From: Eledone cirrhosa
Taxonomy: Eukaryota
Direction of reading: 5' to 3'
NCBI GenBank assembly: GCA_964016885.1
Contig: OZ024742.1
Coordinates: 357,058,001-357,122,000 of the forward strand
Length of the DNA stretch: 64,000 nucleotides
Positions 1-13,037 of the stretch are shown piece by piece; the first letter of the stretch is position 1, and every line of letters begins with the position of its first letter. The notes beneath the pieces are model-generated. The model ran no database searches. It was given only the letters and a program-made list of their open reading frames with translations, and was not told the origin of the DNA. Position numbers and translations under genes: made by a program.

Positions 1-29
1 TGTGTATAGCAATATCTGTAGGTGTGAAA

Positions 30-332
30 AGAACAAAGGAACACAGTGCTCAATCAGGAAGAGGGCAGAAATATATTATTTATTTATGTTCATATACAGG
101 GAATAAAGGATTTACTCAAGGTTTCAAGGCCAAAATTGGACCATACCTTCATTATACAAAGGGCATTAAATCTGTAACTTTTCTTTAGGCATTTAGACGC
201 GTTTCTATGAGTTTGTGAAGAAGGGTCACAAATTTGATGCCTCTTGCATTCTGGAGGTATGGTCAAATTTGGGCCGTGATACCTTGGGTAGCACTTTTGT
301 TTCATGTATGAACATAAACAAAAAATATTATA
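30..332 (-). mobile_element. Old fold-back PLE-derived insertion carrying the 3' half of a hammerhead
   Basis: Diverged inverted arms at about 70-185 and 217-332 (GGACCATACC vs GGTATGGTC; ATGTTCATATACA vs TGTATGAACAT). The centre 196-205 reads GAAACGCGTC on the minus strand. It abuts (TA)n. Confidence 0.5.
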
Positions 333-389
333 TATATATATATATATATACATGTATATATATATATGTATATATATGTATATATATAT

Positions 390-1223
390 ATATCATAAAT
401 CATGTCCTTAGAATTATTAGATAAAATATATACCAATTCCTCTTCCAATTAGCATAATTAACCATATAAAAAATCAATTAGACCAAGCTATAAGAAGAAA
501 GGCTCTTATGAAGAAATCTCCGACAAATAACCGAAAGTGGCCTCTTCGTGGTGGCCCCAATAGAGTATTTATCCAACATTTCGACAGCATGTAGAAACTG
601 ACTAAATATATCATCAACCATACACAATTAGGTGTAAAATTAAACTTAGAAGAAATGTGTACATACTGTAATTATATCTCTACCATGGTTTCATCCGTAT
701 TTTTAGACATCCAATTAATAGGAATGTCTTGAGTTAGGATTCATCAGGAGACAAACTCAAAATCAGACATCTAGTTTTCCAACCTCATCGCGCCAAAATT
801 AGATTAAAAAATGGATAAGAATCGCTATGTGGCTGTGGTCAAGCTAGAAAGAATTGGATGTCTAAAAATACGGATGAAATCATGGTAGAGGTATAATTAC
901 GGTATGTACACATTTCTTCTAAGTTTAATTTTACACCTAATTGTGTATGGTTGATGATATATTTAGTCAGTTTCTACATGCTGTCGAAATGTTGGATAAA
1001 TACTCTATTGGGGCCACCGCGAAGAGGCCACTTTCGGTTATTTGTCGGAGATTTCTTCATAAGAGCCTTTCTTATAGCTTGGTCTAATTGATTAATTATG
1101 CTAATTGGAAGAGGAATTGGTATATATTTTATCTAATAATTCTAAGGACATGATTTATGATATATTGCTCTGATTATTTAATTTATTAATTCTTCATAGA
1201 GCTTAAAAGTGACCGCTTGCAAC

Positions 1224-1228
<5 letters not shown>
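390..1228 (-). mobile_element. PLE-derived fold-back element (family A) with hammerhead and one-sided tail
   Basis: Arms 390-715 and 851-1162 are near-perfect reverse complements. The right arm continues about 60 nt further (TTGCTCTG...GCAACATG). It is flanked by (TA)n on both sides. Confidence 0.75.
675..753 (-). ncRNA. Type-I hammerhead ribozyme
   Basis: Minus strand: TGTCTC-CTGATGA-ATCC[...]GGAT-GAAA-CCATGG-TA-GAGATA. Stem I is TGTCTC/GAGATA, stem II is ATCC/GGAT, and stem III is the palindrome ACCATGGT. Confidence 0.75.
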
Positions 1229-1284
<56 letters not shown>

Positions 1285-1285
<1 letters not shown>

Positions 1286-1524
1286 CAAGAAAGATAAACA
1301 AACTTGCCTCAACACTTAATTTTAAATCTTTAAATTTTAATTCTTTTTAATTGTAATACTCAACATTTGATGAGGTGGATTTCACTGATACATCAAAACC
1401 GGTTATATTTTTTATATAATTCATATAGGGATAATTCTTTTAAAAAAGAGTTTTATAATGTATCATTTTTTCAATAATGACACTTAAATATATTTAATAT
1501 ATTTTCTGTGCTATTTCCAACTTC

Positions 1525-1528
<4 letters not shown>
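1285..1528 (+). repeat. Single arm of fold-back family B (also at 50345-50830) with a degenerate hammerhead-like core
   Basis: Shares TAATTGTAATACTCAACATTTGAT... and ...ATTTCCAACTTCACCTTCTC with 50597-50830. Core-like text TTGATGA-GGTG..CATC-AAAA-CCGG-TT at 1367-1404. Confidence 0.55.
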
Positions 1529-1587
<59 letters not shown>

Positions 1588-1591
<4 letters not shown>

Positions 1592-1852
1592 TAAATCATG
1601 TTCTTAGAATTATTAGATAAAATATATACCATTTCCTCTCCCAATTAGCATATATAACCATATAAAAAATCAATTAGACCAGGCTATAAGAATAAAGGCT
1701 CCTATGAAGAAATTGATTTTTTATATGGTTAATTGGGAGAGGAAATGGTATATACTTTATCTAATAATTCTAAGGACATGATTTATGATATATTGCTCTG
1801 ATTATTTAATTTATTAATTCTTCATTGAGCCACAACGTGACCGGTTGCCACA
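1588..1852 (+). mobile_element. Shorter fold-back copy of family A
   Basis: Same start (TATCATAAATCATG) and same tail (TTGCTCTGATTATT...GTGACCGGTTGC) as 390-1228. The fold-back turn is near 1711. It sits in (TA)n. Confidence 0.75.
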
Positions 1853-1883
1853 TATATATCTATGACTTTATGTATATTTAAAT

Positions 1884-1946
<63 letters not shown>

Positions 1947-2314
1947 TATATATAAACAATATTTGATATGAGATCCTTTAACAAAATATGAAATGTTTAA
2001 GTCCCAATGGAACTGGACATAATTGTACATAACTATAAATAAAAGTTGAAAAAATGTAGGCAAGGTACTCCTAGAGATTGAAAGAAATGAGGAGAGGGGC
2101 CACTTTCCATTTTCTCTTCTGTCTCCATTTTTGAACTATCATTTATAGTGAGCAACTAATATTATGGGATACACACATTCCAAATATAAACTCTGATCAC
2201 AGATAGACTGTTCTTAATGGATATCTTAAATCAAAATACTTTCTCCTTACTTCAAATATAAAAAGAAAATAATTGAATAAATACTAAGCACCCCATGATG
2301 GTGATATTGGGATG

Positions 2315-2950
2315 ACTCTGTAGAAACAGGAGACAGCTTCTGCTACGCGGGTGACCGAATCAGCACAGAGGTGGGTGTTCTCAAAGTACAGTAGTCAGTG
2401 GAAGAACGGGATGGAAAACGTTCAGGGAGCTACTACCACTGCTAGCTACAAAAAGGCTTTTCCCTAAAAATGAAAGACAGACTGGATGATGCATGCATGT
2501 GAACAGAAATGTTGCATGATAGTAAGACTTGGGTGCTATGTCCAGATGAATTGCATAGATTAGAAAGAAATGAAGCTTGCATGATAGGATAGATGTGTAA
2601 TAGTAATATACGTGAACAGCAAAGCATAAACGAACTAAGAGAGAGACTAGACAGAAGAGGAATCAAATGCTGTGTGCAGGAGAGGAGATTACATTGGTAT
2701 GGGCATGTGACGTGCATGAAGGACGACAGCTGCATAAAAAGGTGCAGAATGCTCAAAATCGATGGGTGCCTTGGAGTGGGGAAACGAAGGAAGATTTCGG
2801 ATGAAGTGATATAAGCCGACCTTGCCCAATTGAGATCTCTGGCATTACACAATAATACAGAAGACCCAACTTCCCACAGGCACAGGCCAAATCTGAAGCA
2901 TATAGACATTATGCACCAAAAATGGATGTAAAACGGTGAAAATGGTGATA
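2315..2950 (+). mobile_element. RTE LINE 3' fragment, decayed
   Basis: ORF 2593-2814 (ERRLHWYGHVTCMKDDSCIK...) matches the C-terminus of ORF 42091-43752. Confidence 0.9.
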
Positions 2951-3077
2951 TATATATATGTAGGTTTTTTTTCATGTTTCAATATTAAGGTATATAAATA
3001 TTGAGTTTTGTCATATATTACTCACTACCATGACTGAATTTTAACCATCTACTATGTCAGTGTGTCATGCATCATTT

Positions 3078-3144
3078 TATTTTATCTGATGAAGACGTAC
3101 TGTTGAAGTTAACTCAGTACTTCTGAAATATGCATAATACAATA
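3078..3144 (+). ncRNA. Type-I hammerhead ribozyme (PLE terminal repeat)
   Basis: TATTTTAT-CTGATGA-AGACGTACTG..CAGTACTTCT-GAAA-TATGCA-TA-ATACAATA. Confidence 0.7.
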
Positions 3145-3278
3145 TACTTGGACACAAGAATATCTATTTTGTTAATATTTTGAATGAATATTAATAACTC
3201 CGGAAAACCATATTTGTTGAGTGCTTCCAATCTATTGTAAAGCTCATTATTTGATTTATTCATTGAACCTTGTTTAAC

Positions 3279-3336
<58 letters not shown>

Positions 3337-3470
3337 GTTAAACAAGGTTCAATGAATAAATCAAATAATGAGCTTTACAATAGATTGGAAGCACTCAACA
3401 AATATGGTTTTCCGGAGTTATTAATATTCATTCAAAATATTAACAAAATAGATATTCTTGTGTCCAAGTA

Positions 3471-3537
3471 TATTGTATTATGCATATTTCAGAAGTACTG
3501 AGTTAACTTCAACAGTACTTCTTCATCAGATAAAATA
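3471..3537 (-). ncRNA. Type-I hammerhead ribozyme (inverted copy)
   Basis: Reverse complement of 3078-3144 with a perfect 10-bp stem II, AGAAGTACTG/CAGTACTTCT. Confidence 0.7.
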
Positions 3538-5692
3538 AAATGATGCATGACACACTGACATAGTAGATGGTTAAGATTCAGTCATGGTAGTGAGTAATAT
3601 ATGACAAAACTCAATATTTATATACCTTAATATTGAAACATGAAAGAAAACCTACATATAATACATATAATAGAGTGGGTGCGTGTGAGAAAGCTTAAAA
3701 AATATATAGCAGAAATATAACTGTTAGAGATTCAAATAATTTAAATTACTAAAGAAAGAGGAAAGAAAAGAAAGGCATAGAGAAAAAAACAGATGAGGGG
3801 ATAATATAGCTAGCAAGAGCATAGAAAGCAAAAGAGAGTTGATTACAGAGAGAGAGATAAAGAGGAATACTTTTTATAGTGTAATATATAGGGAGATATT
3901 AATTGTATATTTCTATATAGAACAACGTTTGGGCTTAGCTTTAGGAAACAGAAAAAAACTCAATTCATTGAATTATTGAATTATCTAAAGGTATTCATCA
4001 ATCGAAATTTTAAATATAATTGAGTGTAATCATATGAAGGTTAATAACAAGTCTTTAGATAATTATCTATATATATACAATATATATCCAAACATATCTG
4101 GTTGACCGTTAACATTCAACCATTTAATTTAAGTTAGTTCAGAGTAATGAATAATATTTTAGGTTATAAAAGTTAATAAATATCTGTATTAATATTAAAG
4201 TATACTATCATATTTAATTTATAAAATCAAATTTTATGAAATCAAATTTAAAGGATTTACAAACACGAGAAAGAAAATATAATGTTTTTACATCCTCACG
4301 AAGGTAAACTTTACTAAATTTATTATATAATATTAAATTATTTATGTTATATTGAAAATAGTTTACATTATATAATTTAGAAAATAATTACAGTTATAAT
4401 TTTTAAAGAATTTTAAGATTAACAATTTGAATGCCTAAAAGATCAACAGGCCTTATAATTAAACTTTAAAAAGTTTGATTATTAAATTATATATATGCGT
4501 TTATCAAAAAAATACACAAAGATTATATTGTCTAAAGATTAAGATGATACCTCTCAATTAGACATAACATAATACAATACAATAAATAAGTTACTGATAA
4601 TATTGTTAAAATTAATGTTTTAGATCAATTATTATAATAGGATCATTTAATAGATATAAACTATAAATATACAAGTCAAAACTTCATGAATCCTAAGGAT
4701 AAGGACTAGATTCAAAATAAAAAGTGAAAAAGTAAAAATAATGAATTTTTTGCGATCATAAAAGTGTCCAATATCAAAGAATATAGTTTTAAAATGCAAG
4801 AGAGTTTTTTTATTTTTAAGATTTATATAGTAGACTAACAATACTTCTAAAGTGTCCACGAAGATGATAGAAAGAGGAGCTAAGGATTTCAATGACCCGA
4901 AGGTAACCCGAATTTAATTAAAATAAATTAAATTAAATTAAGTAATAATCGTTATATAATTTAGAACATTAAGAAAATATCTAACAATTATAACAGTAGA
5001 GAGTCATTTACGTATCCAAATTACTTATAAAAGTAACTAGGAGCACGTTATTCTAGATAAACAGATTTGTTCAAATATATAGAGAGAGGTATTAGTGAAA
5101 CGATATACATATAATAAATACATAATTACAAACATTATTAGTAATGTTATAATTGTAGTTTTACATCCAGTTTAGTGGAAAGAAAGACCAATATTTGTCG
5201 ACGAGTATGATTTGTGATATTTATACATAAATATATATAAACAAATAAAAATGTACAAATCTAACTTTTTGAATCCTAAAACATACTCAAAATGAGTAAA
5301 TATATAAATGCATGAATGATTTACGGTTCAATTATAACCGGTAATCTTATAAGTTATATATACAAATTATATATTTAAAACAAAAACAAATATATAAGGA
5401 TCCCAATCTAAATTATATATATCTAAAATAATCCAAAGATGTGTATATTCATCAAGAGAACATGTTAACAAATAATATACCTAAACAGGACCCTTTAGTC
5501 TAACATTAATTCTATCATAAATGAATAGAAAATAAAACATTATTAAAGTTTTATAATCTGTTATAACGTTTTAGGTACACAGTTGATAAGAGACGTCAAA
5601 AATTCAAACCCGTTTATTTAATGTTTTTTTTCCTGACTTTTTGCGAGGCTTGGAATGTAGACAAAGCTTTATGACGGCAGTTTGAGAATAAT

Positions 5693-5760
5693 TGAGGTTA
5701 AGTTAAGGGTAACATCAAGGAAATTAACTATTTTGGTACCACTAAATTAAATAGTAGAAT
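5693..5760 (-). pseudogene. PLE reverse transcriptase fragment
   Basis: The minus strand translates GTKIVNFLDVTLNLTS, the xxFLD motif of PLE RTs. It is fused out of frame to LFSNCRHKALSTF, the endonuclease C-terminus. Confidence 0.65.
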
Positions 5761-5773
5761 TCTAAACCATAAT

Positions 5774-6309
5774 TTGCATACATTTAACAATAATGAATAT
5801 AATAACACTAACAATATTGATACTATGAATAACATTAACAGCAATATAAGCACTATCAATAGAACATTTCGAAGTAATAATAGTGTTAATATAAATTATA
5901 ATAATAATAAACCGAAATGTAATTGTAAAAATAAACCAGATTGCCCTCTGCAAAATAATCGTCTGGATACAAATTTGGTATATAAATGCACCGTAAAAGC
6001 AAATAACATCGCATACAACTATATAGGGGCAATTTCTTCAACATTTAAATCGAGATTTGGGAATCATAGATGCTCTTTTTTGAATCCTAATAAGAAGTCT
6101 TCGACTTCTTTATCACAACTGATATGGTCATTAAAAGACAAACATTTAAAATACTTGATTTTTTGGATGAAGCTATGTAATAGTAGAATTTACTGGAATT
6201 CGTCAATATCACCTAACTGCAACCTCTGTACCATGGAGAGCCTATTAATATTTACTAATTATGAAAACTTAATTAACAAAAAAAGTGAATTATTCTCAAA
6301 CTGCCTTCA
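5774..6309 (+). pseudogene. GIY-YIG endonuclease of a Naiad-type PLE (fragment)
   Basis: CNCKNKPDCPL...LVYK...YIG...FKSRFGNHRCSF...TSLSQLIWSLK...CNLCTME...LINKKSELFSNCLH. This has the VYx/YIG, catalytic R, CxLC and CxH pattern of this PLE clade. Confidence 0.85.
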
Positions 6310-7913
6310 TAATAATGTTTGTAATTATGTATTTATTATATGTATATCGTTTCACTAATACCTCTCTCTATATATTTGAACAATCTGTTTATCTAGAATA
6401 ACGTGCTCCTAGTTACTTTTATAAGTAATTTGGATACGTAAATGACTCTCTACTGTTATAATTGTTAGATATTTTCTTAATGTTCTAAATTATATAACGA
6501 TTATTACTTAATTTAATTTAATTTATTTTAATTAAATTCGGGTTACCTTCGGGTCATTGAAATCCTTAGCTCCTGTTACTATCATCTTCGTGGACACTTT
6601 AGAAGTATTGTTAGTCTACTATATAAATCTTAAAAATAAAAAACTCTCTTGCATTTTAAAACTATATTCTTTGATATTGGACACTTTTATGATCGCAAAA
6701 AATTCATTATTTTTACTTTTTCACTTTTTATTTTGAATCTAGTCCTTATCCTTAGGATTCATGAAGTTTTGACTTGTATATTTATAGTTTATATCTATTA
6801 AATGATCCTATTATAATAATTGATCTAAAACATTAATTTTAACAATATTATCAGTAACTTATTTATTGTATTTTATTATGTTATGTCTAATTGAGAGGTA
6901 TCATCTTAATCTTTAGACAATATAATCTTTGTGTATTTTTTTGATAAACGCATATATATAATTTAATAATCAAATTTTTTAAAGTTTAATTATAAGGCCT
7001 GTTGATCTTTTAGGCATTCAAATTGTTAATCTTAAAATTCTTTAAAAATTATAACTGTAATTATTTTCTAAATTATATAATGTAAACTATTTTCAATATA
7101 ATATAAATAATTTAATATTATATAATAAATTTAGTAAAGTTTACCTTCGTGAGGATGTAAAAACATTATATTTTCTTTCTCGTGTTTGTAAATCCTTTAA
7201 ATTTGATTTCATAAAATTTGATTTTATAAATTAAATATGATAGTATACTTTAATATTAATACAGATATTTATTAACTTTTATAACCTAAAATATTATTCA
7301 TTACTCTGAACTAACTTAAATTAAATGATTTGAATGTTAACGGTCAACCAGATATATTTGGATATATATTGTATATATATAGATAATTATCTAAAGACTT
7401 GTTATTAACCTTCATATGATTACACTCAACTATATTTAAAATTTCGATTGATGAATACCTTTAGATAATTCAATAATTCAATGAATTGAGTTTTTTTCTT
7501 TTTCCTAAAGCTAAGCCCAAACGTTGTTCTATATAGAAATATACAATTAATATCTCCCTATAAATTACACTATAAAAAGTATTCCTCTTTATCTCTCTCT
7601 CTGTAATCAACTCTCTTTTGCTTTCTATGCTCTTGCTAGCTATATTATCCCCTCATCTGTTTTTTTCTCTATGCCTTTCTTTTCTTTCCTCTTTCTTTAG
7701 TAATTTAAATTATTTGAATCTCTAACAGTTATATTTCTGCTATATATTTTTTAAGCTTTCTCACACGCACCCACTCTATTATATGTATTATATGTAGGGT
7801 TTTTTTCATGTTTCAATATTAAGGTATATAAATATTGAGTTTTGTCATATATTACTCACTACCATGACTGAATCTTAACCATCTACTATGTCAGTGTATG
7901 TCATGCATCATTT

Positions 7914-7988
7914 TATTTTATCTGATGAGGACGTACTGTTGAACTGTTGAAGTTAACTCAGTACCTCTGAAATATGTATAATAAAATA
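7914..7988 (+). ncRNA. Type-I hammerhead ribozyme
   Basis: TATTTTAT-CTGATGA-GGACGTACTG..CAGTACCTCT-GAAA-TATGTA-TA-ATAAAATA, with a perfect 8-bp stem I. Confidence 0.75.
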
Positions 7989-8031
7989 TACTTGGACACA
8001 AGAATATCTATTTTGTTAATATTTTGAATTA

Positions 8032-8114
<83 letters not shown>

Positions 8115-8214
8115 TATATAAGGGCGTAGGAAGACAGGAGAGTCAATGGCCATCCAATAAAGTATTTTTCATTTTGTGTGGAATAAGTGACTCCTGGTCA
8201 TCATTAAGATACCT

Positions 8215-8510
8215 CTCTAGGAGAAGGTCACTGTGATACAAGAATTGCAGGAGTTGGTGCCGTAATATGCCAGCTTCAACATTCAGTAATCAGAAGAAGA
8301 GATGCAGATGTAAAAGCCAAATTCGCTATCTTCAATTAAGTATTTGTGTCAACCCTCACCTATGGTCATGAATCTTGTGCAATGACCAAAAGTATACAAT
8401 CAGAAATACAAGTTGCCAAAATGGCCAAGGGTCTAATATTACTCTATAGAGTACAAAGCTCGGAGATCAGAGAGCCACTCCAGGTACAGCTGCTACATCT
8501 CTGAATTGAG
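8215..8510 (+). mobile_element. RTE-clade (Expander/Rex3-like) LINE fragment
   Basis: Translates DTRIAGVGAVICQL...KAKFAIFN*VFVSTLTYGHESCAMTKSIQSEIQVAKM. Confidence 0.7.
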
Positions 8511-8689
8511 AGACTGTCTCAGACGTGAGTCTGCATATTGAAACATATCTGATTAGCTTCTGATTCCAAAGTCACGTTTGATCATTAACAGATCGTTCCT
8601 CGAGCTGATCGACAGTGAAACATATGTAATAGGTAATAAATATGAATATGATGCAACACTGATTCTTTGTTCCTTTATATATTAATACA

Positions 8690-9070
8690 TGGCTTAGTGG
8701 TTAGAGCATTGGGCTTGCAAGCGAAAGGTTGTGACTTCAATACTCGGACTGGGTGATGTGTTGTTTCCTTGAGCAAGGCACTTTATTTCACGTTTCTCCA
8801 GTTTACTCAGCTGTAGAAATGAGATGATAGGACTCGGGTCCTTATCATTCCACTGCAAATTTGTCGTGGAGGTGCCACGGCAAAAAAAGCACCCAGCACT
8901 CACTGTAAATGATTGTTAGGAAGGGCATCCAGCTGTAGAAATAAGCCAGAATCAGTTCCTATATGAGCAAGATCAGCCAACCGGACACTGCTCACAACAG
9001 GACAACCTATCTAACCCATGCTAGCATGGAAGAATGGACATAAAACGGTGATGATGATGATGATGATGAG
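8690..9070 (+). mobile_element. tRNA-derived SINE head joined to the RTE 3' UTR and (GAT)n tail
   Basis: A-box-like TGGCTTAGTGG and B-box-like GACTTCAATAC, then the RTE 3' motif TAGGAAGGGCATCCAGCTGTAGAAA and (GAT)n. Confidence 0.65.
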
Positions 9071-10876
9071 GAGGAGGATATATATAGTTTAAGATGGTAG
9101 TATGGACGAAACAAGAGAAGAAAAGAAATCCTTCATCAGCTGTAAAACGAAGATCAAGATGTTGCGATGCTTAATACACAACATCTTAAAGCGATCAGCG
9201 GTGTTCCCAAGGCCTTTTCTCAGTCAAAAGTCCAGGAGGGAAAAAAAGAAAATGAAGGAAAAGGAAAAAAAAAGAAGAACAAAAAGAGGGAAAGGTAGTG
9301 AGGATATATATATATATATATGAACGTTTCGTTCGTATTTCATGGTTGAGCAGTTAGCAATAGAAAGCGTATTGGACCATAAAATGATTTAGCTGCAGTG
9401 AAAACCTAGCAAAGTAACATAGTGATGAAACAGCCAAACACAAAAAAAAGGGGAATAAAAGAAATTATTATTCAATTAAACACAATTTATTCCTTTCCCC
9501 AAGAAAAGTCCCCTTGAGCCTTATCAGAGGAAATTATTCTCACTATAAATGTACAATGCTAGAGTAAATAAAATATTGGATTACAGAGCACAGATCTGGA
9601 TTTAGTTGTAGATATTATGCTGTTTTTCAGCTTCAGATTATCTGCTCAATTAATATATTGATATTATATCATCTTAGTATTCTTATTGCACAGTTCTCCA
9701 ATTGTTCATTTATTCTACCTATTGATTCTAGTAATGTAATCTCAAATGTTTTATTGGTTATATTATGTTAGAGGCAACTCTAATTGTGATTTTTTTCTGC
9801 GTCTGGTCGTTCTCTTTGTTCATTATATTGCTATCTCTAACATTTTTTAGATATTTTCCTTGATACAACATCTCTTAGACCACATATTTCACTGTAGTGT
9901 TCTGTCTCTCTATGTGTGTGTGTTTGTTTGTGTGTGTGTTTGTGAGTGTGTGTGTGAGGGGGGAGGGGGTAATCTGTTCGTGTGTATTTATGTGTGAATA
10001 TATTTGTTTATGTGTGTGTGTTTGGTGAGTGCATGTTTGGTGAATGTGTGTTTATATGTGTGTGTTGTTTATGTGTGTGTTTGGTGTGCGTGTGTATGTC
10101 TTTATGTGTATCTGTCTGTTTGTATTTCTATGTGTTTCTGTGCAATGAAACATCATAAAAAGTTTGTTTCCTGTTATTATTGTGAAACTGTCTTCTGACT
10201 TAAATTCTATAATCTTTATATTCTTATTGATTTAAAAGGTAAAAAGCAGCGCTTCATTTACATTGAAGTTTGTTATTTATTTTACTTTTAAAGCTGAATG
10301 ATTATTAAGAAAGTTTCTCAGAAATATGCTGAGGAAATATTTTTGTTGTTGGAAATATTTTCGTCAATTCTGGCTGTGTATTTTGTTCTTAAATTTAAAT
10401 TATGAGCTAGTTTTTAGTATAGCTAAAATGTTGTTTAATTCTCCTTGTTGCCTTAATATTTTAGCCAATGTTAGCTATAACTTGTTTTAGTTTAAGTATA
10501 TTTGCTGTATATTTAGAAGTAAATATATGAAATATATATATATCAAAATACTTTGACAGTTTAATATCAACAGCAGCTGTAGAGTATCAATAAATATTTC
10601 TCTAAGTTGAAGAAATTATTAGTAAGGAGATAAACCAGCCAACACCGTAGTCTGTTTATCTAATCTAACAATTGCTGACTATCCATCTAACAATAAGAAA
10701 TACAGCTTTACATGTAGTACCAAGTTGTGATTGTGGTCACAGTTCACATATATAGGTTTGACTGACCTCATATGAGGTTAAATCTCATAGTGAGCAGGGG
10801 TGACTTTAGGTGTTTTAGAGGAGCTAGTCCTATCATAAAAATTCACCCAAGGGCTGAATGTCAATCTGTTGCATGG

Positions 10877-11084
10877 TTGAACCCTCTAGCATTTAATCTG
10901 GTTGTATCTGGCCAAAATTCTCTCACCTCTGTTCAAACCGGCCATAACTGGCTGCTTATACTGATGTTAATGCATTGTTTTCAAAATAAATCTCAATATC
11001 TCAGATTCGATATTATGTGAGATAAAGCCTTTACTGTGCAAATACAATAGTAAATATAGAGTAATGTAAATGATAAAGGGTTAA
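10877..11084 (+). mobile_element. piggyBac-like MITE
   Basis: AACCCT...AAAGGGTTAA ends; homologous to 49036-49264 and 49612-49840. Confidence 0.6.
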
Positions 11085-11289
11085 TAACCAGCTGCTGCCA
11101 GTACTCATTTTTTTCCAGCTGAATGGACAGGAGCAATAGGTAATGAAGTGTTTTGCTAAACTACACAATTCCAGAAATTGAACCTATAACCTTGTGACTC
11201 TGATTCCACTAATTTAACTATAGGCTACACACTTTCTTACATGTAGCAAGCCCTATGACATAAGTTTACTTCAGATTAATTCTGTTTAT

Positions 11290-11735
11290 TAATTTCTGAC
11301 ATAGGCACAAGGCCAACAATATTTTGAGAGAGCTAAGTTAAGACATACCTCAGTGTGTCACTGGTACTTTATTTTATTGACCCCATGAGGATGAAAGGTA
11401 AAGCTAAACTCAGAACATAAACAGCTGTAACTCTATGCCCATAAGCTTGTTGTCCAACATTCTGCCGATACTACCAATCCACCTCCTCGGTAGCGCAGAA
11501 GGTAGTACATCATTCTCATAAAAATTGTTTCTGATTTAGGAACCACGCCAACATTTTCTGGAGAGAGGAAAGGTTATAAGATCAACCCCAATATTTAACT
11601 CGTACTTTATTTTATTGACCCTATAAGTATGAAAGACAAATCTAACCTCAGCAGGATTTGAACACAAAACAAAAAGACAGAGCAAATGCTGTAAAGTATA
11701 TCCGATGCTCTAACGATTCTGGCAATGCACCACCC
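11290..11735 (-). mobile_element. Two tandem copies of the abundant tRNA-derived SINE
   Basis: Reverse complement of GAGTTCAAATCC...GCCTTTCATCCTTACGGGGTCGATAAAATAAAGTACCAGT, decayed. Confidence 0.7.
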
Positions 11736-12713
11736 TTGTTTATTCTAACAATGGTGATCATTTTCTGAATGAGCTTCAGTAAAATTCTATTTATCATGTA
11801 GTGGAGTTTATTGAAACAGCACAACTAGTTGCAAGTCATTGCTTAAGATTTATTCCAATAGGGAATGACCAACAAAAAACTAAGAGCATCTGGTTGTGCG
11901 AATTAATATGAAATATGGAATGTAAAAAACAAAAATAGGCAATTTAGCTACAAGTAAATTGATTGCATTTCAGGGTATAAGGAAGCAATGTTTTAAAAAA
12001 TATGAGATGTGTATGTTAGCATTGTTTCTATGATTTATTTACACAAAGTTTTCCTCCCATTCACTGTGGCTATTCTGCTTCATTTATTTCTGTAGCATCC
12101 ATTAAAGATGTGGAATAACAACATAACAGATTTCAAATTTTGGCATCCATCAAGTTTTAACTTCTCTGATACATTTTAGCTTCTGTAAATGAGACGAATC
12201 CAAAACCATAATCAAACTGACACAATTGATGACTAACAGCTGTACACACACACAAATGAAGATATTAACCATAATTCATTAGTATTTGGGTTCTAGTTCA
12301 ACTGTTATTATATATTTCTCCATAAAGTTAGTTTATAAATAAAATATCCTATTGCTGATATCTGCAATAATTCACCAAAGCCATTGATGCATCTTATTGC
12401 ATATGATAAACCTTAAGAATTTCTCTCCTATATTGTTTTTTCATGTGGATTGATATGAATTGTTTTGTCATTGAAGTTTAGCCAAAAACAAACAAACATT
12501 GGTAAGCAGAATGTGTAATGAGTTTATGCACAAATAAAAAAAGATGACTTATCAATAAAAAATATACATAGAACAGTTCAATATTTTCTAGATCGCATCC
12601 ATACCTTTTCTACCATTAATCATTGTTAGTTTTGACTTTACTATCAGTGATTTAGCACCATTTAATTCTGATATAGTTATTGACTTCTATCTCATGAAAA
12701 ATATTGTTTTCAT

Positions 12714-13037
12714 CGTCGTAGTAGTAGCAGCAGTAGTAGTTGCAGTAGCAGCAGCAGTAGTAATAGCAGTAGTAGCAGTAGTAGTAGTAGCAGTAGCAGC
12801 AGTAGTAGTAGTAGCAGTAGTAGTAGTAGCAGCAGCAGCAGCAGTAGTAGTAATAGCAGTAGAAGCAGTAGTAGCAGTAGTAGTAGTAGCAGTAGCAGCA
12901 GCAGTAGTAATAGCAGTAGCAGTAGCAGCAGTAGTAGCAGCAGCAGTAGCAGTAGCAGCAGCAGTAGCAGTAGAAGCAGTAGTAGTAGTAGCAGTATCAG
13001 CAGTAGTAGTAGTAGCAGCAGCAGTAGTCGTAGTAGT
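12714..13037 (+). repeat. (GTA/GCA)n compound trinucleotide microsatellite
   Basis: Seen directly. It explains the poly-Val/Ala ORF 12694-13047. Confidence 0.95.

Larger units (their letters stand above)
2955..8035. mobile_element. Naiad-type Penelope-like retroelement remnant with nested inverted repeats and three hammerheads
   Basis: Arms of about 1.7 kb at 3440-5140 and 6310-8030 are reverse complements. 2955-3282 mirrors 3333-3660 around (TA)n. The centre holds a GIY-YIG ORF on plus and an RT motif (KIVNFLDVTLNL) on minus. Confidence 0.8.

Noticed and set aside
5900-6310. Selenocysteine-recoding PLE endonuclease
   Set aside because: There is no in-frame TGA at Cys positions in either endonuclease. 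The missing Cys codons are CGT and TAT, which look like simple mutations.
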